Shown: positions 30,902 through 41,720 of the stretch, piece by piece
Position numbering within the stretch: position 1 is the stretch's first letter
Layout: the number at the start of each line of letters is the position of its first letter
Origin: Candidatus Cloacimonadales bacterium
Lineage (GTDB): Bacteria > Cloacimonadota > Cloacimonadia > Cloacimonadales > DAONDQ01
Direction: 5' to 3'
Assembly: GCA_963662275.1 (NCBI GenBank)
Contig: OY759316.1
Coordinates: forward strand, 4,256,001-4,320,000
DNA: 64,000 bases
The notes under the pieces: generated by a model
Seen by the model: only the letters and a program-made list of their open reading frames with translations
What the model was told of the DNA's origin: nothing
Database searches by the model: none
Made by a program: the position numbers and the translations under genes

Positions 30902-31203
30902 AATAAGTAATTGAATAACGCTAATACCTTGTATAAAAAACAGATATCTATGAATGATTAATATCGATGAATCGACAATATCACATATAACATATTGTTA
31001 ATCAGTTTTTTAAGTGATTAGGATATTCGTATTTTAGTTTGTCTTTATGAATTCAAAATAAAAATAAAAGTTGACAGAAACTGTGACCACTTATATCTTA
31101 TGTCCTGTACGAGGGTAGAATTTTATTCATCAAACTTGAAAATAAACATAACGTGATTTATAGGCATTTCCTATATCCTCAAAATGATAAAAGGATAGTA
31201 ATT

Positions 31204-33462
31204 ATGAAGTCTAAATTATTGGTAGTTTTGTTTCTCCTAATCGGAATTTCTTCAGTTTGTTTTGCACAAACTCAATCTTGTTCAGGTAGTTGGGCTTTGA
31301 CTACGAATGGTAACTGTACTGTTTCCAGTAACGGAGCATTATCCGGTACGAGCATTTCGCGTGCAAATCCGGCACCGATCCCAACGATTTCCTATAACTC
31401 CAGTTACGGAGCCAATTCCGATAAATGGGATGTAACTTCATTGAATACGGGTAGATATTATGAATATACATTAACAGCAAATGCAAATGTAACTCTAAGC
31501 TCTTTAAGCGTAGTCCTGAGATCAAATGGAACCGGTGTTCATGCAGAAATCCGCTATTCCCTGGACGATTTTTCCTCTTACACAACATTGCTATCTGATT
31601 ATACTTTAACAGCGAATTCAAATTATTCATATTCAAATTCAACATTATCGATTAATATGGAACCCGATGATAAATTAACCGTCCGTATATATGGATGGAA
31701 TGCAGCAACTTCCAGTGTTTTATTTTATAATAAGAGTATGGTGATTTCCGGTTTGAGAAAAACAACGGAAACAGATTTCTTCCGTACAAAAGCTGATGGT
31801 AACTGGGATGAAACTTCTGTTTGGGAATCTTCCGCAAATGGTGCATCGAATTGGATTGCAGCTACTCTTACCCCAACTGCCACAGCGAGTACGACAACAA
31901 TTACTCATAATCTTGCTTTAAGAGAAACTGAAGGATGTGGAAATCTCACATTTAATGGTGGCTCAATTGACTTCGGCGATTACGATTTAACCATCGATGG
32001 AACTCTCTCAGGAACACCTCATTACACTTATAGCGGTAGCGGTGTGCCATCAAAAACAGGGACTGCTGCCATAGTCACTGTAACAACTACAACTCCGACA
32101 TCTATTCCTACTGATTTGAATACACTAATATTAGATCCAGGAGCAGGAAATACTGTTTACTTACCTAACAGCTCCACTTCAGTAACCGTAGACTTCAGCA
32201 GTGGATCACTTACTTTGGGTGATTATCAAATGGTAGTGACAGATGTTACATCAGGAACTTCTTCATTCATCTTTAATGGTTCAGGCGGATTATCAGGCGA
32301 AGGTGCCAATTATACAAATGTTATTTTGGAAGTAAATACTTCAGATACGATTCCTCCTATACTAAATGATATTACTGTCAATCCTGGAGAGAATATTGAA
32401 GCCTCTTTACCTGGTGATGTTACAACAACAACACTTACTTTTATTGATGGTTCCTTAGGTTGGAACAGACATATTCTGACCCTGGCTGATAAAGATTTCG
32501 GACTCACTGGTTCAGATACAATTTCAGCCTTGTGGGTGTTTATGGAACCTGTAGCATATACGTGGTATGGTTATACAAGTATAGAACATACTTGGCATAC
32601 AACTGGAACATTTGTCGGTACTGTGGATCTGATTTTCTCCTATCCTGCCTATATGTCCATGTCGCTTGAAATGAGAGCCTATACGCGTAATCACTTTGAT
32701 GGAGATTCTCCATGGAAGTGGATCGCTGTATTGAATACTGTTGATAATGGAGACTACCGCTCTGTTACACTGCCGGGAGTTAATGATTTGAACGGAGACG
32801 TTACTGATCGGGACTGGACACTAACAGATAATGATCAGGAGTTGCCGGTAGAATTGACTTCTTTTTCAGCGGAACTTAGTCAGCAAATCTATATCACACT
32901 GAAATGGGTGACACAATCCGAGACCAATTCAGTCGGTTATAACATTTACCGTAACAGTACGAGTAATTTAGCATCTGCCATCAAGGTCAATGCGAATTTA
33001 ATCAGTTCCACTAATACATCTATTGAGCATACCTATTATTTCCGTGATGTTGTTGTTACCAATGATGATGCCTATTATTATTGGCTACAGGATGTTTCGA
33101 GCAACGGAATTGAGACATTACATGGTCCGATAATTGCTACCTTAGGTAACAATGGTCAGACCACACCTACACCAAATATTCCTTTAGTAACTTCTGTGAA
33201 GAACATCTTTCCAAATCCCTTTACACCCAGTACAACTATCAACTATGGAGTTGCAACGAAAGGTGTTGTGAGTATCAACGTTTATAATGCAAAGGGACAG
33301 ATGGTCAGAAACTTGCAGTCAGGTGTAAAGGAAGCCAATAATTATCGTGTTGTATGGGATGGAAAGGATTTAAGTGGGCGCTCTTGTGCATCGGGCGTTT
33401 ATATCATCGAATTGGTTTCAGGTAGAATCCGCTCTACAACTAAAGCTATTTTATTAAAATAA
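31204..33462 (+). CDS. Large secreted Ser/Thr-rich protein with 'LPVELTSF' module and FlgD-Ig/T9SS-like tail
   Basis: Signal peptide MKSKLL; LPVELTSFSA...W.TQSETN; FPNPFTP...YNAKGQ...WDGKD...SGVY. Confidence 0.85.
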   Translation: MKSKLLVVLFLLIGISSVCFAQTQSCSGSWALTTNGNCTVSSNGALSGTSISRANPAPIPTISYNSSYGANSDKWDVTSLNTGRYYEYTLTANANVTLSSLSVVLRSNGTGVHAEIRYSLDDFSSYTTLLSDYTLTANSNYSYSNSTLSINMEPDDKLTVRIYGWNAATSSVLFYNKSMVISGLRKTTETDFFRTKADGNWDETSVWESSANGASNWIAATLTPTATASTTTITHNLALRETEGCGNLTFNGGSIDFGDYDLTIDGTLSGTPHYTYSGSGVPSKTGTAAIVTVTTTTPTSIPTDLNTLILDPGAGNTVYLPNSSTSVTVDFSSGSLTLGDYQMVVTDVTSGTSSFIFNGSGGLSGEGANYTNVILEVNTSDTIPPILNDITVNPGENIEASLPGDVTTTTLTFIDGSLGWNRHILTLADKDFGLTGSDTISALWVFMEPVAYTWYGYTSIEHTWHTTGTFVGTVDLIFSYPAYMSMSLEMRAYTRNHFDGDSPWKWIAVLNTVDNGDYRSVTLPGVNDLNGDVTDRDWTLTDNDQELPVELTSFSAELSQQIYITLKWVTQSETNSVGYNIYRNSTSNLASAIKVNANLISSTNTSIEHTYYFRDVVVTNDDAYYYWLQDVSSNGIETLHGPIIATLGNNGQTTPTPNIPLVTSVKNIFPNPFTPSTTINYGVATKGVVSINVYNAKGQMVRNLQSGVKEANNYRVVWDGKDLSGRSCASGVYIIELVSGRIRSTTKAILLK

Positions 33463-33478
33463 AATTAAGAGCATAAAT

Positions 33479-33512
33479 AAAAAGGGATGTTGAAAAACAT
33501 CCCTTTTTTTTT
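33479..33512. terminator. Bidirectional intrinsic terminator
   Basis: AAAAAGGGATGTT-GAAA-AACATCCCTTTTTTTTT between convergent genes. Confidence 0.85.
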
Positions 33513-33525
33513 AATGTTTATGTAC

Positions 33526-34236
33526 TTAATTATATCCTTTTCCTTTGCCATGAAATGCTACATGAATCCGATTGAATATTTGTTTGATACGATGAGCCAT
33601 CTGTCGTGTCGGATTCATTCGAGCCAGCATATGATCTATGATATGAGCCCAATTATAGGGTTCATCTTGATTGAAAAAACCAATAGATTGAAGAACCTCC
33701 ATAATATATGATTTAGTATCCAGATATTGTTCTCTATCAGCAATTACTTCTCCATCATGCTTGATAAGATTACTTCTATAGATTTCATAAGTTAGAATTG
33801 CAACCGCTTGGGCTAAATTCAAAGAAGGAAAATTTGGATTGGCAGGGATGTAACAGCGCATTTGACAAAGTGAAGCTTCTTCATCTGTTAAACCCCATGT
33901 TTCACGTCCAAAGATCAAACCTGTTTTTAATGCTTTATTCTCTCTTGTATACGTCCCAGCCATTTCAGGTGTTAGATCTACAGGTTTTAATTTTCCTTTT
34001 CTTCGAGATACTGCTATCGTTCGGTCTAAATCTACAAGAGCGGATTTAAGATCAGGGAAGATTTCTGCATTTTCCAGCAACTCTTCTGAATGAACAGCAA
34101 GATAAAAATCATTTTTTTCAGGTATGGAACCAACGATTCTAAGATGGGTAATTTCGAAATTGTTCATGATCCGAGCTACAGCACCTACATTTCCCTGGTA
34201 TATAGGTTCGACCAATACAATATAAATATGGTTCAT
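33526..34236 (-). CDS. trmJ: SPOUT tRNA methyltransferase, TrmJ/LasT family
   Basis: VLVEP...GNVGAVARIM, FGRETWGLT, SLNLAQAV. Confidence 0.85.
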   Translation of the reverse strand: MNHIYIVLVEPIYQGNVGAVARIMNNFEITHLRIVGSIPEKNDFYLAVHSEELLENAEIFPDLKSALVDLDRTIAVSRRKGKLKPVDLTPEMAGTYTRENKALKTGLIFGRETWGLTDEEASLCQMRCYIPANPNFPSLNLAQAVAILTYEIYRSNLIKHDGEVIADREQYLDTKSYIMEVLQSIGFFNQDEPYNWAHIIDHMLARMNPTRQMAHRIKQIFNRIHVAFHGKGKGYN

Positions 34237-34275
34237 ATAAATGTAATAAAAAGAAAACTAACTGACGGAGAGGGA

Positions 34276-35100
34276 TCAGTTACGACCAATAATCTGCTGT
34301 AGTCGAAGTCCCATTTGAGCCACATTTTGATTCGTATCCGCTTTCCATTCTTTAACAGTTTTCTGAGTGACAACGATGAATTCCTGAGATTTATCTCTTC
34401 TGCTGCGTTGAACGAGAATATTGGCTAATTTCTTCATTGAGACCCAGATTGTCTTTACTCTTTTTTCATCAGCATCAATAAGCCACTGGCGAATAAAAGG
34501 ATAGCATTGATTAGGACGTAATCTTCCCACCTGTGTCAAAATATGCGTAATTTTCTTTTGTACTTCCAAGCTGTTATCATCGATCAGGTTTCCCACAAAG
34601 TTCATAACGAATTGGGGATCCTGTCCAGCAATATTTTCCATTCCATGCATGGAGAGCGCTCTTTTTTTCTCATTTTCGGAAGATGTCCAAGAAGGCATGA
34701 TTTCTTTCATAACATCCGCATTTCTTTTCCACATTTCGAAAGCAATACTTTCTGCTTCCCATGGAATTGTTTCGAATGATTTTTCTAAGATATCGAGAAT
34801 CTTGCGCGGATTCTGTAAATTCTTATAGTAGAAATAAAACAAGGCAGTTGCTCTTATACCATAGACTCGATGATCTAACATTTCCATACAGATTTGATCC
34901 ATCGTATCTACATCTTCATAAGAGGCAAGCAGTTTACCCAATGTATCCCGAATGAAATAATTGGCTGTGTTAGCAAGAGAGTGTATTTTCTTTTTCGCCA
35001 AATCGCTTTTCCCATTTTGTAGCTGTTTGAGTATTTTTTCTACTATGGAATCAAGCTCTTTGAAATCGTCTGAATCTAGACGTCCAACTTCTTTTAGCAT
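34276..35100 (-). CDS. HEAT-repeat protein (AlkD/DNA alkylation repair-like)
   Basis: Helical repeats 'WTSSENEKKR', 'LIDDNSLEVQK', 'FIRQW'. Confidence 0.6.
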   Translation of the reverse strand: MLKEVGRLDSDDFKELDSIVEKILKQLQNGKSDLAKKKIHSLANTANYFIRDTLGKLLASYEDVDTMDQICMEMLDHRVYGIRATALFYFYYKNLQNPRKILDILEKSFETIPWEAESIAFEMWKRNADVMKEIMPSWTSSENEKKRALSMHGMENIAGQDPQFVMNFVGNLIDDNSLEVQKKITHILTQVGRLRPNQCYPFIRQWLIDADEKRVKTIWVSMKKLANILVQRSRRDKSQEFIVVTQKTVKEWKADTNQNVAQMGLRLQQIIGRN

Positions 35101-35421
35101 ATTATGTCTCCAACATCAATATATCATCAACTAGATAAATATGAATTTTCTCAATAGTAAGTGCCTTCAGGCATTATAAGAAATCTTATGCGAAAACCAT
35201 CGCGTAATTAACATGCAAAATCGCATCCATAAGCACAGATTTGAATCGTTGATTTATAAATAACTTAAATACGACTTACTAAATTCCGTCAAGTAGAAAC
35301 TATAAAAATTCCTATATTTGCTGAAAATATAAATGACGGAAGATTAAAAAAGATTGACATTAGATGTTTTTCTTAATTCTGGTATATAAATTGTCGCTTT
35401 TGTTTCTGAAAAGGAGTCTCT

Positions 35422-36096
35422 ATGCTATCTTTCGGTTCAAATGATTTCTTTCAAACCTTTTTTCAATACAATAATACTGTTTGGCCAATGCCGATGGTAG
35501 GATATGCCTTTGGACTTATTGTTGTTTTCAGCTTATGTTACGAAAATCAATTGGCTGACAGGATGATTTCACTGGTTCTCGGGTTTTTCTGGATGTGGAT
35601 TGGTTTAATACAACAATTGGCATTTTTTAGTAAAATTGATCGATGGGCTAATGTCTTCGGGATTTTATTTATGATCCAGAGCATCCTATTTCTGTGGTTA
35701 GGAGTAATTAAAAATCGGTTGATCTTCAGGATTCCTTTTTCAGGTTTTGATTTAGTTGGAACCATTTTTATTGTATATGCTTTAATAGCTTATCCCATCA
35801 TTGGTTTTTTTGTAGGTCATTCTTATCCAACATCTGCTGTCTTTGGTATTGCTGCTAGTCCTACCACAATATTTACTTTTGGAGTATTTCTATTTGCTGT
35901 AGGAAAATTCCCGATATATATGATGATCATTCCTTTAATCTGGTCTCTCATCGGTTTTGCCTCATCTATGATCATGGGAATCAATGAGGATTTTGTACTT
36001 TTTGTGGCAGGTGTCAGTTGTTTTATTCTGACAATTATCAGGAATAAATCCGAGAAAAACAAAGATCTGCTCGTATATTTTAAACCCAAGCAATAA
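35422..36096 (+). CDS. Integral membrane protein (DUF6064-like)
   Basis: 'FF..F..YN..VWP' N-terminus, 'FG.A..PTTIFTFG', ~7 TM. Confidence 0.7.
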   Translation: MLSFGSNDFFQTFFQYNNTVWPMPMVGYAFGLIVVFSLCYENQLADRMISLVLGFFWMWIGLIQQLAFFSKIDRWANVFGILFMIQSILFLWLGVIKNRLIFRIPFSGFDLVGTIFIVYALIAYPIIGFFVGHSYPTSAVFGIAASPTTIFTFGVFLFAVGKFPIYMMIIPLIWSLIGFASSMIMGINEDFVLFVAGVSCFILTIIRNKSEKNKDLLVYFKPKQ

Positions 36097-36116
36097 ATGG
36101 GGATAAGGTTGAAAAC

Positions 36117-36485
36117 ATGCAAAATAAAATCTTAATTGTTGATGATGAAAAGAATATACGCCTGACTCTCAGGAGAAGCTTGGAAACTTACCCCTATGAT
36201 ATTTTAGATGCTATTAGTGGTGAAGAAGCCTTAGAAATAATGAACAAAGTACATGTAGATTTAGTCCTGTTGGATTTGAAGTTACCAGGGATGAGTGGAC
36301 TTGATGTGATTCACAAAATGAGAGAAAAAGAAATAAAGGCAAAGATAATCATTATTTCTGCTCATGGAACAATCGAGGCAGCAGTGGAATCCATGAAGCT
36401 TGGTGCTTCCGATTTTATTGAAAAGCCCTTTACTCCTGATGATATCCGTCAACTTGTACATAAACACATCGTGGATATTCAATGA
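36117..36485 (+). CDS. Single-domain response regulator
   Basis: ILIVDDE, LLDLKLPGMSG, KPF. Confidence 0.92.
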   Translation: MQNKILIVDDEKNIRLTLRRSLETYPYDILDAISGEEALEIMNKVHVDLVLLDLKLPGMSGLDVIHKMREKEIKAKIIIISAHGTIEAAVESMKLGASDFIEKPFTPDDIRQLVHKHIVDIQ

Positions 36486-38350
36486 CTTTTCGTATATACA
36501 AGGGGAAGTTACGGAATAAAATCCTAAGTGGCTTTTTTTTATCTCTTGTCTTAACACTCATCGTTTTAATTACTTCCTTCCTGAATCTCCGTCATCTTGG
36601 AAAAGCCAGTGAAGCAATTCTTCAACGCAATTACAATAGTATTCTTGCCGTTCAGAAAATGATAGATGCCTTAGACCAACAAAATAACACTCTTCTATTT
36701 TACCTTTCGGGGAATCACAAGCAAGGCTATGAATCATTTATTCAGAATCAGCGTACGTTTGAACATTGGCTCAGTAATGCCAGTACAAACATCACCGAAA
36801 TCGGCGAGAAAGAAACGATTATCAACTTGGGAAAAGCATACACCAGTTATCTCGTGCAAATAGAGAAAATGAGGGACTCTTCTTTTGAAAAACAAGCAAA
36901 TGAGGTTCTTTACTTTCAAAAGCAAGTTCTGCCATATTCAGAAAATGTAAAAACTCAATGTAATAGACTTCGGGATCTTAACCAAGAAGCGATGTTTCGC
37001 TTAAGTGAAAAAGCAAGAACGATTTCTCAACGTGCCATCTTTTCTCTTTGGTTTATTGGGCTGATCAGTATCATGATAGGCGTAATGTTTAGCTTCAAAG
37101 TTGCCAATCTTCTCATGAAACCGATCAATCTAATGCTTTCTGCCACACATGAGATTTCTGAAGGTCATTATGATGTGCAGATTCCATTCAGTTCAGAAGA
37201 TGAATTTGGCAAGCTGACGGATCAGTTTAATAAAATGACATCCAAGTTAAAGATGTTCAATGATCTGAATATTAAGACAATCATGCAGGAAAAACAGAAG
37301 AATGAAGCGATCATCCAAAATATCGATGATGGTATCATGGTCGTTGACGAGGAATTTAAGCTCATTAATATCAATCAAAAAGCAGCTCATGTTTTTCACA
37401 TAGATGCCGTTAATTCACTGAATAAGCATTTCCTGGAAATCATCAATAATCAATATCTGTTTCAACTTCTTAAAACTACATTTGAAACTGGTAAAATACC
37501 CGACTTTGCAGAAAATGAGAACATTCTGGCACTAGAAAACAATGGGAATAAAAAATACTTCCAATTCCTTATCAACCCGGTCTTTAGCAGTTCCAACAGT
37601 TGGTATGGACTTCTGTTATTATTACGAGATGTCACGAAATTGAAAGAAATTGATCAATTGAAAAGCGAATTTGTAATGATCGTCTCTCACGAATTGAAAA
37701 CACCGCTGACGAGCATCGGGATGAGCGTTGATCTTTTACTGGAATCAAAGGAATTACAAACGCATAAAGATCAAATGGAACTTCTGACCATTGCTCATGA
37801 AGAAGTCCTGCGTTTAAAAGCACTGATTAATGATATTCTTGATCTTTCTAAAATGGAAGCAGGTAAAATTGAATTGGAATTCCAATCTGTTGCAGTAGAT
37901 TCATTAATTGAGAATTCGTTTCATATTTTTGAGAGACAAGCTGAAGACAAGGGTGTTCAACTGCTTGTACATCTGCAGGACGAATTACCCAATATCCGTG
38001 CTGACGTGAATAAAATAAACTGGGTGATTTCCAATCTTGTCGGCAATGCCTTGCGCTATGTTAAGACTGACGATAAAATCACAATCAGTGCTGAAAAAAC
38101 AGGTAAATTTGTAACGTTCTCAGTTTCAGATACAGGCATTGGAATCCCTGCTGAATATCAAAACAAGATATTTGATAAATTTGTTCGAATCAAAAACACA
38201 CAGGAAGGTGGCGGTACCGGTCTGGGATTAGCCATCTGCAAGGAAATAGTGAGAGCCCATGCTGGTACGATATGGGTGGAGTCTGAAATTGGTAAGGGGA
38301 GCGATTTTCTCTTCACTGTCCCTATCTATGAATCATATATTAAGTTGTAA
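36482..38350 (+). CDS. Sensor histidine kinase (TM-periplasmic helical sensor-HAMP-PAS-HisKA-HATPase)
   Basis: VSHELKTPLT, NLVGNALRY, DTGIGI, GGTGLGL. Confidence 0.93.
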   Translation: MTFRIYKGKLRNKILSGFFLSLVLTLIVLITSFLNLRHLGKASEAILQRNYNSILAVQKMIDALDQQNNTLLFYLSGNHKQGYESFIQNQRTFEHWLSNASTNITEIGEKETIINLGKAYTSYLVQIEKMRDSSFEKQANEVLYFQKQVLPYSENVKTQCNRLRDLNQEAMFRLSEKARTISQRAIFSLWFIGLISIMIGVMFSFKVANLLMKPINLMLSATHEISEGHYDVQIPFSSEDEFGKLTDQFNKMTSKLKMFNDLNIKTIMQEKQKNEAIIQNIDDGIMVVDEEFKLININQKAAHVFHIDAVNSLNKHFLEIINNQYLFQLLKTTFETGKIPDFAENENILALENNGNKKYFQFLINPVFSSSNSWYGLLLLLRDVTKLKEIDQLKSEFVMIVSHELKTPLTSIGMSVDLLLESKELQTHKDQMELLTIAHEEVLRLKALINDILDLSKMEAGKIELEFQSVAVDSLIENSFHIFERQAEDKGVQLLVHLQDELPNIRADVNKINWVISNLVGNALRYVKTDDKITISAEKTGKFVTFSVSDTGIGIPAEYQNKIFDKFVRIKNTQEGGGTGLGLAICKEIVRAHAGTIWVESEIGKGSDFLFTVPIYESYIKL

Positions 38351-38370
38351 TATGTGTAAGGAAGGATGAT

Positions 38371-39054
38371 ATGTCTAAAAGCCCAAAGATACTCATCGTC
38401 GATGATGAAAAGAATATTCTCATTCTGTTGAAAAAGGTTTTAGATGATATGCACTACGCTGTGGAAACATGCGCAGAAGGCATTAAAGCCCTCAGTATTC
38501 TGAATAAGCAAAATATCGATGTTGTATTACTCGATTTGAATCTCCCTGACCTTGGAGGCATTGAAATTTTAAAAAGCATATCACAAATGCCACAGAAACC
38601 TGATGTGATTATCATCACAGCCTTCGGGAATATCGAGAATGCCGTGGAAGCCATGAAACTCGGTGCAGTCGATTTTATGCAGAAGCCATTCACTCCGGAA
38701 CAGGTACGTAACACTGTGATGAAAGTGATAGAAAGGCGTAGCTTTGCTTTGAATGATGCTGTGAACTATGACCAGAGCATCGAAATGGCAAAGAAGTTAA
38801 TCAAGGATGGTCTCTACAAACAGGCAGCCGAATATGCCCAAAAAGCAATCGATTTTCTGCCTTCCAATCCGGAAGGTTACAATTTCCTGGGTGCTATCCT
38901 CGAAATTAAGGGTGATTTGAAAAATGCCATTGAAGCCTATCAGACTGCATGTCATATCGACCCCATGTATGAACCTGCCAGGAAGAACCTGGAGCGGATT
39001 ACAAAACTGCATCGAAATCGTAATATTGAATTGGATATGAGTAAACTCAAATAG
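38371..39054 (+). CDS. Response regulator with C-terminal TPR domain
   Basis: Receiver motifs plus PEGYNFLGA...YEPARKNL TPR. Confidence 0.9.
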   Translation: MSKSPKILIVDDEKNILILLKKVLDDMHYAVETCAEGIKALSILNKQNIDVVLLDLNLPDLGGIEILKSISQMPQKPDVIIITAFGNIENAVEAMKLGAVDFMQKPFTPEQVRNTVMKVIERRSFALNDAVNYDQSIEMAKKLIKDGLYKQAAEYAQKAIDFLPSNPEGYNFLGAILEIKGDLKNAIEAYQTACHIDPMYEPARKNLERITKLHRNRNIELDMSKLK

Positions 39055-39063
39055 AAGGCAATT

Positions 39064-39477
39064 ATGAAAGATAAACAATACATCATTATCGTTGGCTGTG
39101 GACGACTAGGTTCTTCCATGGCTAATTTTCTAAGCACACAGGGGCACAGTATCGTTATGATCGATTTGAATGGAAGCGCATTTCATCGGCTAAACACTGA
39201 ATTCAGCGGTTTTAAGATGGAAGGAGATGCCACTGAATTCAGCTTATTAAAACAGGCAAAAATTGATAAGGCTGATGTCCTCCTGGCTTTGACAGATGAT
39301 GATAATATCAACATCATGGTCACTCAGATTGCCCGTGAATTCTTTGGAACGAAAAAGGTCATTGCCCGTGTTATCGACCCTTTGAAACAAACTATCTTCA
39401 ACGATCTCGGTTTAGAGACATTAAGCCCAACCTTATTGACTCAGGATTTCCTTAGAACATGGATTTCGAAGGTTTAG
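39064..39477 (+). CDS. trkA: TrkA/KtrA-type RCK (TrkA-N only) subunit
   Basis: IVGCGRLG Rossmann motif, GDAT. Confidence 0.85.
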   Translation: MKDKQYIIIVGCGRLGSSMANFLSTQGHSIVMIDLNGSAFHRLNTEFSGFKMEGDATEFSLLKQAKIDKADVLLALTDDDNINIMVTQIAREFFGTKKVIARVIDPLKQTIFNDLGLETLSPTLLTQDFLRTWISKV

Positions 39478-39486
39478 GTAAGAATT

Positions 39487-40143
39487 ATGAACATTATCAT
39501 TATTGGTGACGATAGATTAAGTTATCATTTGGGGAAGCTCTTTCTCGGGAAAGGTCATACGCTCCATATTGTGAACAGAAATGCAGAGCATTGTTCCTAT
39601 CTGGCAAAGAATCTGAAAGCCGTTATTATCAATGGCGATGGCAGTGAACCCGATATGCTCTACCAGGCAGGTGCACATACTGCGGATGTCATTATTGCAG
39701 CAACACCCCATGACCAGGACAATCTTGTCATTTGCCAGTTAAGCTCTTCCTACTTCCAAATTCCCCAGACACTGGCAATGGTCAACGATCCGGATAACAT
39801 TGTAGTTTTTGAAAAGCTTGGTTTCAAAGCGATTTCACCAACGCAAATCATGGGAGATGTGATTGACCAGCTTGCTTCCTTCGATACCATTACCCGGCTC
39901 TTGCCTATTGGTGAAGGAAAGATCAATATTACGGAAATCAAGATACTAGCTGATAGCCCAGTCGTTGACAAACAACTAAAAGATTTGAATCTACCTGCTG
40001 ACGCTTTGATTTCCTGCATTTTCAGAAAAGATGAAGCCATCATTCCCAGGGGACTTACGACTCTTGAATTGAATGATCGGATTTTAGTTATATCCAAACC
40101 TGATATGCAGAGCAAAGTCCTACATTTATTTACAGCAGATTAA
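39487..40143 (+). CDS. trkA: TrkA-type subunit (TrkA-N plus TrkA-C)
   Basis: GDGS, DQDNLV, TrkA-C 'IIPRG.T.L...D'. Confidence 0.85.
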   Translation: MNIIIIGDDRLSYHLGKLFLGKGHTLHIVNRNAEHCSYLAKNLKAVIINGDGSEPDMLYQAGAHTADVIIAATPHDQDNLVICQLSSSYFQIPQTLAMVNDPDNIVVFEKLGFKAISPTQIMGDVIDQLASFDTITRLLPIGEGKINITEIKILADSPVVDKQLKDLNLPADALISCIFRKDEAIIPRGLTTLELNDRILVISKPDMQSKVLHLFTAD

Positions 40144-40146
40144 AAA

Positions 40147-41634
40147 ATGAGAAGAATCAATTACTTTTTAGCTGCACGCTATTCCTCAATTGCATCTCAT
40201 CTGGGTATCATCCTGTATTGTGGTGCATTCCTGTTATTGACACCTCTTCTAGTCATTCCCTTCTATCCGAAGGAATTGGTCTATGCAGGAAGATTTATTG
40301 TACCTGCTATTATTTTAGGAGCAATTGCCTTTATTTTGCAGAAGATCAGGGGCAAGAAAAAGCTGGAACCTCTCGATTTTGATGAAAGCGGCATCGTCGT
40401 CACACTTGGCTGGATGCTTGTCAGTGTTTTTGCTGCGATTCCTTTAATGACGATATGCAAGATGAACTTTACTCAAGCTGTGTTTGAATCTGTGAGTGGT
40501 TGGACAACGACAGGCTTAAGTATTGTTAATTATACTAGCACCCCTCAAGTCATCTATATGTGGCGAGCTATCATGCAGCTTGCCGGGGGAGCTGGATTAG
40601 CGATTATTATGATTGCAGCTCTCACCGGTGTCAATGGTACAGGCTTGTATTCTGCTGAAGGAAAAGGCTTGCAGATGAAACCGCATGTGAAAGATTCAGC
40701 CCGTATCGTGATGGCGCTCTATTCAGGTTACGCAATCATTGGTACAATCGCTTATATGTTTGCCGGTATGAATCTATTCGATGCGATCATTCACTGCTTT
40801 GCTGCCATTTCCACAGGTGGTTTTTCTAACTATGTGGATAATATTGGACATTGGGATAGCATTCCTGTTGAAATCGTTTCCATAGTGCTGATGATTCTAG
40901 GAAATATCAACTTTGTCACTGCCTACCTGCTTGTTCATGGAAAATGGAAATCTGTTTTGAAGAATGGTGAAATCAAAGTCATGCTGGTTCTCATACCCTT
41001 ATGTTCCTTCCTCGTTTTCATGACGACAACGTCTTTAATTTATCCAACCCTATCCAAACAGATCAGGGTCGCTGTCTTTGAAGTTGTCACAGCCCTGACA
41101 ACAACTGGATTTTCCACAGTTAGCTATATTCATTGGGCAGAACCGGGAGTGTTTATTCTCATCGTTCTTATGCTCATTGGTGGTGGAACCTGTTCAACGG
41201 CTGGTGGTCTCAAGCAAATACGTGTCTATTTACTCTACAAATCTGTTTTATGGCAGATTAAGAGAGCTTTGTTCCCTGCCAATGCAGTACGCGAAAACCA
41301 TATCTGGGATGCAGAACAAAAAGAGTACATCACAGATGAACGGATGAAACTGATTGGCAATTTCACAGCTCTATATCTGTTTCTTTTCTTTGTTGGCTCT
41401 TTCATTCTGATGGCATATGGTTACAATATCAAGGAATCCCTGTTTGAGTTTGCTTCTTCCATTGGAACAGTAGGACTTAGTATAGGAGTTACTTCACCTA
41501 CGACACCCAAAGTTCCAATGTGGACGATGACAGCGGGTATGTTCATGGGCAGACTGGAATTCTTCGTCATCTTCTCCGGTTTTCTGAAGATTGGCAAAGA
41601 CCTGGTGTTAATTTGTAGGGGTTTTCGGAAGTAA
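40147..41634 (+). CDS. trkH: TrkH potassium uptake membrane protein
   Basis: FESVSGWTTTG, ISTGGFS, TTTGF, STAGGLK, GTVGLS, GRLE. Confidence 0.92.
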   Translation: MRRINYFLAARYSSIASHLGIILYCGAFLLLTPLLVIPFYPKELVYAGRFIVPAIILGAIAFILQKIRGKKKLEPLDFDESGIVVTLGWMLVSVFAAIPLMTICKMNFTQAVFESVSGWTTTGLSIVNYTSTPQVIYMWRAIMQLAGGAGLAIIMIAALTGVNGTGLYSAEGKGLQMKPHVKDSARIVMALYSGYAIIGTIAYMFAGMNLFDAIIHCFAAISTGGFSNYVDNIGHWDSIPVEIVSIVLMILGNINFVTAYLLVHGKWKSVLKNGEIKVMLVLIPLCSFLVFMTTTSLIYPTLSKQIRVAVFEVVTALTTTGFSTVSYIHWAEPGVFILIVLMLIGGGTCSTAGGLKQIRVYLLYKSVLWQIKRALFPANAVRENHIWDAEQKEYITDERMKLIGNFTALYLFLFFVGSFILMAYGYNIKESLFEFASSIGTVGLSIGVTSPTTPKVPMWTMTAGMFMGRLEFFVIFSGFLKIGKDLVLICRGFRK

Positions 41635-41720
41635 CCCTTTTGCTGTAAAATGTTATTCATAACATTTACGGAAATTTGGGAAGAAAGATCAAAACGAGCT
41701 CTCCCTTGAAGAAGGTTCCA

